This document shows positions 12,598 to 23,218 of a stretch of DNA of 64,000 nucleotides, piece after piece (positions within the stretch are counted from its first letter, which is position 1; each line of letters starts with the position of its first letter). The notes under the pieces were generated by a model. It ran no database searches, was not told where the DNA came from, and saw only the letters and a program-made list of their open reading frames with translations. The stretch comes from a bacterium (GTDB lineage Bacteria > SZUA-182 > DTGQ01). The position numbers were made by a program, and so were the translations under genes. The stretch lies in assembly GCA_040752695.1 (NCBI GenBank), contig JBFMGO010000015.1, positions 12,022-76,021 of the forward strand. The letters run 5' to 3'.

Positions 12598-13339
12598 AAA
12601 AATTCGCCTGGGAAAGATGAGTGATTTTCCATCCTCCCGCAGCATCGGTAATTGTCAGGGTAAATGAAAGGAACCATTGGCGATCAGTGTCAGTGCTTAC
12701 TCTGTCCAGTTTCGGGTTTGATCTACCCAGTTCAGGATAAACAGTGGCTGCCAGGGGAGAAGGAGAGATTTTGATCCTGACCTGTGTAGTGAACGGGCCG
12801 CAATATCCAAAAGATGCAACGGCCGCAGAGGATGCGTTAGAAAAACAAGGGGAATCGGCAGACGCGGGGCAGCAGTGTATCTCTGATTTTTCTGACACGT
12901 TGAGGCGGCGAAAGATTATGGTCAGTTCCCTGAGGCGGTCAATGCATTGTCGAATCAGCTTATCGCGCTGCAACCTCACCTCGCTTTGCCCGCGGGGCGA
13001 GAGGATAGCAAAGAGGGGGCGCTGTTGTTCTTTTGAAAGTGGTGGAATTTCACAGTGATCCAGGAGGGTACAGATATCACCCTTGAGGATTAATCTCATA
13101 AGTTCCTGAAATACTTGCTGCCGGACTGTATGCGGCCAGGCATCCAGATGTCTGAGGTCGGCCAGGGTGGGTTTCGTTTGATCATGTGGCATGACCTGAG
13201 CCTGAGTCTGAACCTCTTGAGGTAAACAGAGCATAAGCAGTAAACAGAGCATGAGCACTAAAAAGTGTAGAACTGTTAAAAAAGGTGCCAGCCAAAGAAT
13301 CCGGACATTCTTCATAGAGCTTATTCCGTTCATAGTCAC
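12566..13339 (-). CDS. Hypothetical exported/membrane-anchored protein
   Basis: Hydrophobic N-terminus; co-oriented with the glycosyltransferase; no family recognised. Confidence 0.5.
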   Translation of the reverse strand: MTMNGISSMKNVRILWLAPFLTVLHFLVLMLCLLLMLCLPQEVQTQAQVMPHDQTKPTLADLRHLDAWPHTVRQQVFQELMRLILKGDICTLLDHCEIPPLSKEQQRPLFAILSPRGQSEVRLQRDKLIRQCIDRLRELTIIFRRLNVSEKSEIHCCPASADSPCFSNASSAAVASFGYCGPFTTQVRIKISPSPLAATVYPELGRSNPKLDRVSTDTDRQWFLSFTLTITDAAGGWKITHLSQANFFTLPASDATP

Positions 13340-13351
13340 CCAATAGTTATC

Positions 13352-14758
13352 TTAAGTATACGTCAGAAAGAAGGCTGCAAAGGAGAGTCCGAAGAGGCAC
13401 ATGAGCAAAAGAAATCCAATTGCTTCCACGCCCTTACTCTGTTGACGAAGCCATCGCAGCACCCCTTGACTCATGAAAATGGCCAGGGGAAGGGATGAAA
13501 CAAGGAAGTAGGATGCTTTGCCAGCAGAAAAATGCGGGGTTTTCAGGTTAAAGAAGATAAAAGAGCCAAGATTCAGGAAAAAGAGCACAAGGAGCGGCAG
13601 AGCAGGAGTATTGAGCTTTTGCCGGAGAGCCGACATGCTTTCCTTTCCGATCTGCGCACCAAGGAGTAATGTAGGTAAAATACCAAGCCAAAGCAGTATT
13701 TTTCCAAGCCGTTGACGCCAGGGATCGCAGTGCAGCAGAAAAAAGTGGCTGAACGATTCGAACCAGAAATTGGAGTAAACCAGTGTCCAGACATACCGTG
13801 ACCGTGTGTAAGGCATATCTTCCCTGACCTTGCGTATAATGGGATCGCGAAAGATCCGGAAGTCAAACCCAAGAAAATCCGTCCATCGCCTCTCTCCGGG
13901 AGGCTGCCTGCTCATTACCTCATTGACATAAGGATAATTCTGGCTTAAGGCAAAAGGGTGTCCGAAAAGGAATATATTCCGGCTATAAACGCCAGCCGTC
14001 AGAAGAAGGCAAAGTATGAGAACGATCACCAGGGCAAAACCGTGCTCTTTCCGGCTGCCGGCCTTAAAGCTGTAACCAGCAGCGGTTTTGAAAGATATTT
14101 TTGACAAAAGGCAGATGATCGTGGTCATGAAAAGAAGAATACCGCTATATTTTGTCAATAAGGCGAGGCCGCAGACAATGCCCATAGCTGCTGCCAGATG
14201 CAGGCGAAGTCTGGGCTTTTTATCGTACAAGATCAACAGGAAAAGGCCCATTGATGTCAGAAAGGCAACCATCTGTTCATTCCCGATCATGGAGCTTGTA
14301 TAGATATGGAGCGGCACAAAGAGGACAAAACAAAGGCCGAGGATCGACAGCGAAAAATCCCCCGGCCACAAAAGAGCAATCGAGAAAAGAACCAGTGCGG
14401 CCATACCAAGATTCAGGAGAGTAGAGACAAGGCGAAAGAGAAGATGTACCGGCCAGGGAGACAAGGGACCCAGGAACTTCCAGATACCTGCCATGATATA
14501 ATAGTAAAGGGGAGGATGAAAGGTTGACCACCCCTCATTGGCCAAGGGCGTACCCCAGCCGGCTTTTATCTGGCAGATATAGGATAGATGCCCACTGGCA
14601 TCGTAACCACAGGCCGGAGCAAACCGGATATTGTTATTAATACGAATAAAGGCGGCCAAAAGGAAACAGAGCAGAAGCGCGGCAGCCTGAAGGGTAATCT
14701 TTTTTTCCGATTCTTTGGCTGGCATGCCGGATGACGAAAACCATCGAAGGTGATTCAT
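13352..14758 (-). CDS. GT-C fold membrane glycosyltransferase (PMT/ArnT, family 39/83-like)
   Basis: YD..GH, FHPPLYY, GNE, LALLTKYSG, many TM helices. Confidence 0.8.
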   Translation of the reverse strand: MNHLRWFSSSGMPAKESEKKITLQAAALLLCFLLAAFIRINNNIRFAPACGYDASGHLSYICQIKAGWGTPLANEGWSTFHPPLYYYIMAGIWKFLGPLSPWPVHLLFRLVSTLLNLGMAALVLFSIALLWPGDFSLSILGLCFVLFVPLHIYTSSMIGNEQMVAFLTSMGLFLLILYDKKPRLRLHLAAAMGIVCGLALLTKYSGILLFMTTIICLLSKISFKTAAGYSFKAGSRKEHGFALVIVLILCLLLTAGVYSRNIFLFGHPFALSQNYPYVNEVMSRQPPGERRWTDFLGFDFRIFRDPIIRKVREDMPYTRSRYVWTLVYSNFWFESFSHFFLLHCDPWRQRLGKILLWLGILPTLLLGAQIGKESMSALRQKLNTPALPLLVLFFLNLGSFIFFNLKTPHFSAGKASYFLVSSLPLAIFMSQGVLRWLRQQSKGVEAIGFLLLMCLFGLSFAAFFLTYT

Positions 14759-14795
14759 AATCCTAGACTTTGAGCCGTAGAACGGCTATGATATT

Positions 14796-15230
14796 TCATG
14801 TGAGAATTTGATCCGCAATGCTGGAAACCGGTACTGAGGCATCGGTTGCTCCTTCGCTACAGGAGGATCGGATGCAGGAACAGGAACAGAAGCAGATAAG
14901 GTAGATGGAGCGATAGCCAATATTCTTGAAGGCGTGGGTAACAGCGGGTGGAATCAGAATCAATTCCTTGACGATTCCATCATAGACAAATTCTTCATAT
15001 ATGCCGGTAGCCCTGTTCCTGGTTGCTACCAGGCATTTTCCACCCAGGATGATTACCGCTTCAGAGTGATGTTCGTGGTAGTGATTCCCTCGGACAGCCT
15101 GGGGACGAAGACTGGGAATATGCATGTCGGCGCTGGCAAAGTCCTTGATCACAGGGGGAGTAATAATCCAGCCACGATCATCCTTTCTGGTTGGCAAAGG
15201 GATTCGTTCGATGTTTTGCATGAATCTCAT
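14796..15230 (-). CDS. Cupin-fold sugar-nucleotide modifying protein (WxcM/FdtA/CapF C-terminal-like)
   Basis: DDRG, VRGNHYH...E, IPPAVTHAFKN. Confidence 0.8.
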   Translation of the reverse strand: MRFMQNIERIPLPTRKDDRGWIITPPVIKDFASADMHIPSLRPQAVRGNHYHEHHSEAVIILGGKCLVATRNRATGIYEEFVYDGIVKELILIPPAVTHAFKNIGYRSIYLICFCSCSCIRSSCSEGATDASVPVSSIADQILT

Positions 15231-15358
15231 TATATAAATTTTTTCAGAAAAGGCAAGCTTGTTTATACCATAATTTCTCAGTATCAGTACAGGTCGCGTG
15301 AATTACGCAGCCAATAGATGTGTACTTCAAGGATGCCAATGCCAAGGATGGATTATCT

Positions 15359-17332
15359 ATGGATTCATTTTTCATAAAAGCTTTGGGACAGGAACTGAAG
15401 TCTGCAATTACGGGGGCCAGAGTAGGGATGCCCTTCCTTGAGGATCCTTTCCGGATTATCTTTCCTCTGACGGTTTCGGGGAAAAAAGTGTATCTGTACT
15501 GCTCGTGCCACCCTTCTCTTCCAGTTCTTTATCTTATGGAGGAAGAGCCTCCCTGCAAAGAGGAGAAAGGGCACGATCAGGCAGAAACGCTCATCCAAAA
15601 ATACCTGACCGGAGCCGACATTACCGAAATCCGGGTTGTAGAGATGGAGCGAATCCTGATTTTACGATTGCAGATAGACAGGCGGCATCGGGACCTTCCT
15701 CCTGAGTACCCTGCAATGTATTTGATCTTTGAACTCATAGGCAGGTATGCTAATGTTATCGTAACCGCAGAGCAGGGGGCGGGATTGTCTGCCGAGCCAG
15801 CATCGCTCATAGATTCAGCAAAGAACACCAGGCCATCAGCAGCTATTGTGCCATCAGTGACAACTGAACCGTTACCAACCGGCAAATCGCCGGCTACCAT
15901 GGGAAAGATTCTGGTAGCTCTGCGCTATGTTCCTGCATATAAAAACCGGTATCGCCAGATTCTCCTGGGACACCCCTACCGTTTTCCTCCGCCGCCAAAG
16001 GGTAAGGCAGATCCATTATCGCAGACCGAAGAGACTTTTTTCCGGTTTCTTGAGGCCTATGAATGTACGATCCCTTTGCCCGAATTTTTGCATCAACATA
16101 TGGCGGGTCTTGATCTTCTTGTTGCCAGGGAGATCTGCCAGAGAGCCAGGATCAGAAGTGATAACAGAAGGGATAACGGAAGGGATAAAATCCATGAAGA
16201 GAAAAAATCTCTTTGGACAGCTTTTCAGGAAGTTTTGGACATATATCGGGAGGGGATCTTTTCTCCCAGAATTCTGCATTTTGATAATGGAAGCGTGCGG
16301 CTGTTCTCCTTTCCTCTTGACAAGCATCCTGACAGGCCAGGCCAGGAGGGAAAAGAGCGCAGTGAAGAGTACATCGAAGAACACTCGGACAGTGTTTTCC
16401 AGAGTGCCAGTGAAGCAGCCAGACATTTTGAAAGGATAGAGCAAAAGCATGATGCTGCGCAAGTACTGCGTGATTTTCTCAGGCAAAGGATTCGTCTTGC
16501 CCTGGAGCGAGTCAGATCGCGGCAGTCTGCTCTTGAGGAAGATTTCATGAAGGCTGATCAGGCCGAGGAATACAGGCAAAAAGGTGATATCATTACCGCG
16601 AACCTGCACCAGCTCAAGAAAGGAATGGATCACCTTGAAGCAGAAAATTTCTTCGATCCCCGGCAGTCTGCTCTCATAACCATCCCCCTGGACCCGCTTT
16701 TGACTCCTGCCCAGAACGCTCAAAGTTACTACAGGAAGTATACCAAGGCCAAAAAATCGGCTGATATCGTTTTACAGCGCCTGGAAGCGGCTCAGGAAGA
16801 GGCGGCCTTTCTCTCTTCACTGAAAGATAAGATAGAGGCCGAAAGCAGGCTGCCCCTGCTGCATGAGCATGAGAGTCTTTTGAGAGAAAAAGGATTCCTT
16901 CATCTTGAAGGCAGTCAGGCATCTATTTCTCAGAGGACTGCCGGGAGGCGGTCTGATGAAAGATCGGTCTTCAAGGATATCCGCAGGTATGTATCAACCG
17001 ATGGGATGGAGATTCTGGTGGGGAAAAACGACCGGGGCAACGATGCCCTGACGTGCAAAATCGCCCAGAAGGATGACCTATGGCTTCATACGCAGGATGT
17101 GGCCGGGTCCCATGTCCTTATTCGGAACCCGGAGCGGCTGTCCCAGATTCCTTTTTCTACCATTTTACAGGCCGCCTCGCTGGCGGCCTATTTCAGCAAG
17201 GCCAGGAAGGATACCAAAGTGGCCGTAGATTATGCCTTCAGGAAATATATCACCAAACCGAAAGGGGCAAGGCCTGGCCTGGTCCTGATGACCCGCAAAA
17301 GCACCGTCTTAGTCCCTCCTCAATCTCTTTAA
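15359..17332 (+). CDS. rqcH: Rqc2/RqcH (FbpA, NFACT) ribosome quality control protein
   Basis: ERIL, ELIGRYANVI, NAQSYYRKYTKAK, VGKNDRGND, WLHTQDVAGSHV, AASLAAYFSKAR, KPKGARPG. Confidence 0.92.
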   Translation: MDSFFIKALGQELKSAITGARVGMPFLEDPFRIIFPLTVSGKKVYLYCSCHPSLPVLYLMEEEPPCKEEKGHDQAETLIQKYLTGADITEIRVVEMERILILRLQIDRRHRDLPPEYPAMYLIFELIGRYANVIVTAEQGAGLSAEPASLIDSAKNTRPSAAIVPSVTTEPLPTGKSPATMGKILVALRYVPAYKNRYRQILLGHPYRFPPPPKGKADPLSQTEETFFRFLEAYECTIPLPEFLHQHMAGLDLLVAREICQRARIRSDNRRDNGRDKIHEEKKSLWTAFQEVLDIYREGIFSPRILHFDNGSVRLFSFPLDKHPDRPGQEGKERSEEYIEEHSDSVFQSASEAARHFERIEQKHDAAQVLRDFLRQRIRLALERVRSRQSALEEDFMKADQAEEYRQKGDIITANLHQLKKGMDHLEAENFFDPRQSALITIPLDPLLTPAQNAQSYYRKYTKAKKSADIVLQRLEAAQEEAAFLSSLKDKIEAESRLPLLHEHESLLREKGFLHLEGSQASISQRTAGRRSDERSVFKDIRRYVSTDGMEILVGKNDRGNDALTCKIAQKDDLWLHTQDVAGSHVLIRNPERLSQIPFSTILQAASLAAYFSKARKDTKVAVDYAFRKYITKPKGARPGLVLMTRKSTVLVPPQSL

Positions 17333-17502
17333 GGAAAAATTTTAAAATTATTATCATGGTGTGAAGGCTCGGTTTCATCAAAACATACAAATTGTCGGCA
17401 TCTTCTCTCCGATTTATTATCTCGGCCATGCTTTAGTATTTTTCGGTAAGTGCTTGAAATATAGATAGTATCTTTGTACATAACAGCTAAACACCAAAAA
17501 GC

Positions 17503-18252
17503 TCACCCGATCTGGAGAAAGCGGTAGGAGCGGATTTCCTTATCCAGGTGATAAACGATGAAGGAGTGCAGCAGGCTCTGGAGTTCTTTCCTGTTGGCTG
17601 CGGTGAGGTGAAGACGGTCGGTCTTCAGGAGCTGAAATCGTATTGCCTGGCGAAGGAAATTCAAACTCCCCGGTGATACACCGATACCGGAGATATGCTT
17701 TTTCTGTGCGCATGCAGAGCAGACAATCCCCCCCATCGAGGGGATAAATCCGACTTTGAATGACAGGGGAGGGGCAGAACAAAACAGACATTTTTCAATC
17801 TGCGGCTGATATCCCAAGAGGGTCAGCAGGCGGACTTCGAAGACAAGGATCACCTTTTCCTTATCCTCACCCTTTTGGAGCATCTCCATTTGTCGCAGGA
17901 AGAGGGTCAGAATTTCCGGTCTTTTATCCTCGAGGGAGGTAAGCTCATAGATAAGTTCAGCCATATAAAAGGCCGCATACAAGCGGGGTGGATCATCGTA
18001 CAGGCGATGATATGATTGAGCAATGATCGCTTCACGAAGGGGATAGATATTTTTGATTCCCCGTTTCACGATAACCATTTCCGCGTGGGTGAGTAAATCT
18101 ATATTGGAGGTGAAATTGCTCTTTTGTTTTCTGGCTCTTTTGGCAATGCACTGAATTTTTCCGTATTCTTCCGTATAGCAGGTAATGATTCTATCGGTAT
18201 CGCTGTATTTGATACTTTTGAGAACAATTCCCTTCACTTTCTCAAGAGACAT
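17503..18252 (-). CDS. recO: DNA repair protein RecO
   Basis: GIVLKSIKYSDTDRII, CxxC...GGIVCxxC zinc site; follows era. Confidence 0.93.
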   Translation of the reverse strand: MSLEKVKGIVLKSIKYSDTDRIITCYTEEYGKIQCIAKRARKQKSNFTSNIDLLTHAEMVIVKRGIKNIYPLREAIIAQSYHRLYDDPPRLYAAFYMAELIYELTSLEDKRPEILTLFLRQMEMLQKGEDKEKVILVFEVRLLTLLGYQPQIEKCLFCSAPPLSFKVGFIPSMGGIVCSACAQKKHISGIGVSPGSLNFLRQAIRFQLLKTDRLHLTAANRKELQSLLHSFIVYHLDKEIRSYRFLQIG

Positions 18253-18369
18253 GATTTAACTGAATACTTCTTTCTCGGATCGTAGTAATGTAATTGATAA
18301 TAATACAATTGATTATAAAATAATCGACAGCCGTATAATCGCCGGTCATCAGTAGCCGAATATCGGTCA

Positions 18370-19263
18370 TCAGTAACCGAGTTCATTCAAAGATCTTTCA
18401 TTATCGGGCCAATCCCTGTTCACCTTTACCCATAGTTCGAGAAATACCTTTGCGTCGAGGTAGTGCTCGATCTCAAGACGGGCCGACTGGCCGATTTGTT
18501 TCAGCATTTTTCCTCCCTTGCCGATCAGTATCCCTTTTTGAGACTCACGTTCTACGAAAATGGTGGCTGAAATCCGGATAACTCCATTGGGAGTATTCTC
18601 TTCGAAGGATTCGATCGCCACTGCCGTGGAATAGGGAATTTCCTGCATGGTCATGCAGATGACCTGCTCTCTGATCATTTCAGCCACGATAAAGCGGGTT
18701 GACCGGTCAGTCAGGGTATCATCCGGGTAGTAGTGCGGGCTTGAGGGAAGATAATGGATAATTTTGGGAACGAGCTCTTCCATGTTTTCTCCTTTCAGTG
18801 CGGAGATGGGGAAGATATCAGCCAGGTTGAGCTGCGAGTTGTATTTATCCATAATGGGCAGGAGGGCGCCTTTGGAAACCAGATCGATTTTATTGATGAT
18901 TAAAATGATCGGGCATTTGGTTTTTTGCAGGACCGTGACAAGATATCCTTCATCCGGCTGATGAGGTCTGGAGGCATCGGTTATGAAAAGTATCAAATCC
19001 GATTCGCCAATGGCTTCAAGGGCGCGTTTGATCATTCTCTGGTTGAGTCTGATTTTGGATTGATGGATTCCCGGAGTATCAAAAAAAATCATCTGGGCCT
19101 GACCTTCCGTCCTGACGCCCAGAATCTTGTTTCTTGTCGTCTGCGGCTTGTGAGTAACAATAGCCAGCCTTTCTCCTACCAGCAGATTGAGGAGAGTGGA
19201 TTTGCCGACATTCGGAGCTCCGACAATGGAAATATAGCCTGATTTGGAAAGTTTTGTGCTCAT
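18370..19263 (-). CDS. era: GTPase Era
   Basis: GAPNVGKST, KPQTTR, DTPG, NKID, KH domain GILIGKGG, LELWVKV. Confidence 0.97.
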   Translation of the reverse strand: MSTKLSKSGYISIVGAPNVGKSTLLNLLVGERLAIVTHKPQTTRNKILGVRTEGQAQMIFFDTPGIHQSKIRLNQRMIKRALEAIGESDLILFITDASRPHQPDEGYLVTVLQKTKCPIILIINKIDLVSKGALLPIMDKYNSQLNLADIFPISALKGENMEELVPKIIHYLPSSPHYYPDDTLTDRSTRFIVAEMIREQVICMTMQEIPYSTAVAIESFEENTPNGVIRISATIFVERESQKGILIGKGGKMLKQIGQSARLEIEHYLDAKVFLELWVKVNRDWPDNERSLNELGY

Positions 19264-19515
19264 TATAAAACATCCAATAAGTTAACAAGTTATGTCTAAA
19301 ACAATAGCACAGATTCACTAAAAACTCAATACGGCTTTTTTTTGGCAGGTCGGCTGGCCTGAAGAGACAAAAGGAAGGGAAATTTTCATACCGTTGACTT
19401 CCGATGCAGTGAGGACAGGGATTCCGATAAGAATAATATAGTCTTTGGTGAGGTTTTTTGCCTTGAAACCTGACAGGGGATATTGAAAAAAGGCAACGGC
19501 AGAAGGAAATACCTA

Positions 19516-19833
19516 ATGGGCAATCTCATAGGAGAGTGGTTGGGGGTTATTCCCGGGGCTTATCTGTGGGAAAACAGCCTCGTAGTTCCCCTATGGCAAA
19601 TGGGGCTTTACATAATCGTTATATCTTTTTGTTTACTTTTCAAAAGGTATCGCCTGGGCTTATCGACTTCCTTTATTTTTTGTTTCTATTGGGGATTTGT
19701 GGCCAATAGAAGCCTGCTTGTGGAGTGTACGAAAAGTGCCGACCGTTTTTCCCTCCCTTTTTTTCTGTATGTTGCAGGTGGCTTTGTGCTGGTCGTATTA
19801 TCGGTGATTGCCTTTTTTTCCTCTGATGATTAA
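19516..19833 (+). CDS. Small membrane protein (about 3 TM)
   Basis: Hydrophobic ORF, AAGGA RBS. Confidence 0.6.
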   Translation: MGNLIGEWLGVIPGAYLWENSLVVPLWQMGLYIIVISFCLLFKRYRLGLSTSFIFCFYWGFVANRSLLVECTKSADRFSLPFFLYVAGGFVLVVLSVIAFFSSDD

Positions 19834-19840
19834 GAGATTG

Positions 19841-21601
19841 TCACGCATCAGGACATGCACTTGATTGGATGCAGGCGAGGAATGATCGGACCTTATGCAG
19901 GGTCTCCATGTATTCCAGATAGGGACTTGAGTCCGTAACCACACCGCCGCCGGCATTAAACCAGATGTTAGGTCCCTGCTTGAGTATGGTCCGGATAGGG
20001 ATATTGAAATCCGAGACCTGATTGAAGCCGAAGTAGCCGAGAGCTCCGCAATAGACGCTTCGTCTGACATTTTCAAGTTCGGCAATGATTTGCATGGCCC
20101 TGATCTTGGGTGTGCCGGTAATCGATCCGCCTGGAAAGCAGGCCCGAAGGCATTCAAGGTGATCGATTCCCGGTCGCAGACGGCCGCTCACCGTAGAGAC
20201 CAGGTGAAAAACAGTGGCGTATTTTTCCACCTCGAAAAGCTGATCCACGCACACGGAGTTAAGAGCACAGACCTTTGCGAGATCGTTTCTCTCCATATCC
20301 ACGACCATCAGCAATTCTGCCTGGTCCTTTTCGCTCTGCCATAGTTGTTTGGCCAGGATAAGATCCTCCTGTTCCGTTCGCCCCCTTGGCACCGTGCCTT
20401 TAATCGGCCTGGTCTGGACTCTGTCTCCTTCCATGCGCAGGAAGCGCTCCATGGAAAAGCACAGGATTTCTCTCTGCTCGAATCGAAGGTATCCTCCATA
20501 AGGGACGCGATTTATCTTACGGATCTTTCGGTAAAGGTCGAATCCTTCTTCTGTCGTTTCGGTGGAAAATTGCTGGGAGAGATTTACCTGATAGACATCT
20601 CCACGGGCAATATAGTCTTTGATGGTCCCGACCGCTTTTTGATAAGTGCTGGAGGTGAAGTTGGAGCGTAGATCCGTTTTCGCTGAGAGATTCCAGAAAC
20701 TGCTTCCTGAAGCACCATCTGATATATTTTCCGAAGCCGCTCCTGAAAAAACTTTTTGAGACCTCCTTGAAAAATCACCTGCAAGATCGCCTGTACCACC
20801 CCCTGAAGCCACCCCGAAAGTAACTTCCGAAGGAGTGATCAACACATGGCCGCCGGTATTTGAGCAGCTTGGAAAGAAATTGCCAGCAAAGATTTGTTCC
20901 TCATAATGTTGCGCATCTTTTGCCGGTATCTTTTCCAGCAAAGAAAGGAAATGAGAAAACCGCTCATGAGCCCATCGATCCTGCATGGCGCCAAGGAAGG
21001 GAAACCCGGTGGAAACAAGAGTGAGTATCCTCCGGCGATGGTCAAAGACTAAAAGGGTGTCATAAAATCTCCATTCCATCTGCGGCCAGTCCTCGAATCC
21101 CTGAAGAGGCGGGATGCCAGCTTCCCATGATGCACCAAAGTCATAGGAGATGTATCCTATGGCTGCTCCCAGCGGCAGGAGAGAATCCAAAGACCCCTGG
21201 TGTGAAAGGGGGGGAGATGATGGGGAGGAGGGAAGGGGGACCCGGAACCTGTTTATAAGTTCCCTGAGTGTACGGAAAGGATCGCCCTCACTGGCGGCCA
21301 CCTTGAACTGGTCAATCCAGGAGGTCCGGTCAAGCGGGTCCCCGGAAAAGACCGGACTTTCGCCGCCCTGACCCTGGCAGGATATACCAGAAGGGTCTTC
21401 GCAAATATGACCGGGGCAAGACAGGTGACTTTTCCCCTTATGCCAGGAAAACTTCAGGAATGGCTCAAGAGCTATCAGGGAGTAACGGGCAAGGCCGTGC
21501 TGATGATCGCTGCTGTCAAGGAAAGCGAAGTCGGGCCGGTCAGCCAGATGCGAGGCTACCTGCAAAGGATCGGGGTAATAGTTCAGGGGTTGAATAATCA
21601 T
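19841..21601 (-). CDS. pabB: Aminodeoxychorismate synthase component I (PabB-like chorismate-binding enzyme) with internal insertions
   Basis: FLDS, GDVYQVNLSQ, PIKGT (K typical of PabB), AELLMVVDMERND, FPGGSITGTPK. Confidence 0.88.
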   Translation of the reverse strand: MIIQPLNYYPDPLQVASHLADRPDFAFLDSSDHQHGLARYSLIALEPFLKFSWHKGKSHLSCPGHICEDPSGISCQGQGGESPVFSGDPLDRTSWIDQFKVAASEGDPFRTLRELINRFRVPLPSSPSSPPLSHQGSLDSLLPLGAAIGYISYDFGASWEAGIPPLQGFEDWPQMEWRFYDTLLVFDHRRRILTLVSTGFPFLGAMQDRWAHERFSHFLSLLEKIPAKDAQHYEEQIFAGNFFPSCSNTGGHVLITPSEVTFGVASGGGTGDLAGDFSRRSQKVFSGAASENISDGASGSSFWNLSAKTDLRSNFTSSTYQKAVGTIKDYIARGDVYQVNLSQQFSTETTEEGFDLYRKIRKINRVPYGGYLRFEQREILCFSMERFLRMEGDRVQTRPIKGTVPRGRTEQEDLILAKQLWQSEKDQAELLMVVDMERNDLAKVCALNSVCVDQLFEVEKYATVFHLVSTVSGRLRPGIDHLECLRACFPGGSITGTPKIRAMQIIAELENVRRSVYCGALGYFGFNQVSDFNIPIRTILKQGPNIWFNAGGGVVTDSSPYLEYMETLHKVRSFLACIQSSACPDA

Positions 21602-22047
21602 ATTCTAAAAATACCACAAATTTCATTCTGGTTCCACTATCAAATATCAAAATAAATTTGTCAACTAGTATTTTAAAGGTATATAATATAAAGAGGTAAT
21701 TATCGCTCTGACTTTCCAGTTTTAAGGAGGATGGCATGATGAGCTAGTCCAGGTTATTGAAAAAAAACAGGCTCCTATTCTTTTAATCTCATTCTCCAGC
21801 ATTCAATAGCCTTTCACCTTTTCTCTTTCGTAGGCTGTACTTCCCGCTTTTATTGAACTTCATGCAGTAATTTTCAGGATAATTTCTTAAGCACCATCGC
21901 TCGTGTAGCTTAAAAGACAAAATACAGTTGTGTATTTTGTGTCAAAGGAGGTGGTGAGATAAGGCAAATTTTACACTTTCTCATTTCGTCTATTATCATT
22001 AAAGGCTTATTGATAATACTTGGCATTACAGTCTTAAGGAGGTAGTT

Positions 22048-22956
22048 ATGCGTCTATCCAAAGTGAAGTTTTTAGCTATTACGCTCTTTTGTATATCGGT
22101 TCTGTTTTGTATGCCCCTGAATGGACAGGCTTACTATGGTAGCTTGTATGGCAGTTATGGTTTGTATGGTGGTCTGTATGGTGGTCTGTACGGTGGTCTG
22201 TATGGCGGGCTCTATGGCGGCCTGTACGGCGGCAGCTATGGCCTCTATGGCGGGCTGTATGGCGGCCTGTACGGCAGCTATGGCTTGTATGGCGGTTTGT
22301 ATGGCAGCTATGGCTTGTATGGCGGTTTGTATGGCAGCTATGGCTTGTATGGCGGGCTATACGGCAGCTATGGCCTCTATGGCGGCCTGTACGGCGGCCT
22401 CTATGGCAGCTATGGCCTCTATGGCGGCCTGTACGGCGGCCTCTATGGCAGCTATGGCCTGTATGGTGGTCTATATGGTGGTCTGTATGGCGGGTTGTCG
22501 CGCTACCCGTTTGAGTCAGCATCAACACCACTGGTAGAGCCTGTACGCACTTCGGCTGCCCTGACAACACTTCTGGGCGGAGGAGGTGGAGGTTTGAGTC
22601 CAGCCGGAACCTGGAGTGGTACCTGGCTCAGCTATATCAGCCTCAAGGGTGGTATCTGCAACATGAACCTGCTCTACAACTCACTCACCAGAACGGTTTC
22701 AGGAACCGCCGGTTTGCTTCTGAATAAACTGATCCCGCTTCCCATCAATGTATCCGGCTTATACCTTGGGAGCCCCTTTACCCTGAGCGGCTCTTATCTT
22801 GATCCTGTATCTTTAGTTACCTATTATGAAGATTTGACCTGCACGCTGGTCTCTGCTTCCTTCATGACCGGCACGTATTTAATTCATGACGCTCTTTATC
22901 TCAAATCGGACGCTGGAGAATTTAACGTAAGCCTGGCTGTTGCTCCGGTCATATAA
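22048..22956 (+). CDS. Secreted Gly-Leu-Tyr repeat protein: signal peptide, about 34 tandem YG motifs (GLYG/SYG), C-terminal beta-rich domain
   Basis: AGGAGG RBS; Sec signal ending GQA; synonymous codon variation across repeats indicates protein-level selection; followed by a terminator. Confidence 0.85.
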   Translation: MRLSKVKFLAITLFCISVLFCMPLNGQAYYGSLYGSYGLYGGLYGGLYGGLYGGLYGGLYGGSYGLYGGLYGGLYGSYGLYGGLYGSYGLYGGLYGSYGLYGGLYGSYGLYGGLYGGLYGSYGLYGGLYGGLYGSYGLYGGLYGGLYGGLSRYPFESASTPLVEPVRTSAALTTLLGGGGGGLSPAGTWSGTWLSYISLKGGICNMNLLYNSLTRTVSGTAGLLLNKLIPLPINVSGLYLGSPFTLSGSYLDPVSLVTYYEDLTCTLVSASFMTGTYLIHDALYLKSDAGEFNVSLAVAPVI

Positions 22957-22999
22957 CCGGCAGCGGGAAAATCCGATCTTCGGTTTTTGGAAGAGAATG

Positions 23000-23040
23000 A
23001 AAGGGGTGAGCCTCTTTATGAGGCTCACCCCTTTTTGTTT
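23000..23040 (+). terminator. Rho-independent terminator
   Basis: aaaggggtgagcctc-ttat-gaggctcacccc-tttttgttt. Confidence 0.85.
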
Positions 23041-23218
23041 AAGCGGGCAGTGATTTGGGGTGAGGAGGGTGGAGGTGTTTTCAGGATATGCTTTATGAAG
23101 AGGATATCCTTCTTTTTCCTGTAGACGGTTCTGTTTTTTTTATGATAAATTAGCGATTTATGTAAGGGTTTACCTTTTGAATTCTCACACAAAAATCATA
23201 GGAAGGAGAGAGAGCGAT

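Noticed and set aside
19841..21601. Second trpE copy
   Set aside because: PIKGT motif and lack of the NPSPYM Trp-feedback motif favour PabB
22079..22570. His/Arg-rich and Met/Ala/Cys-rich repeat ORFs as RiPP precursors
   Set aside because: Alternative frames of the GLYG repeat; only the GLYG frame has an RBS, signal peptide and synonymous third-position variation
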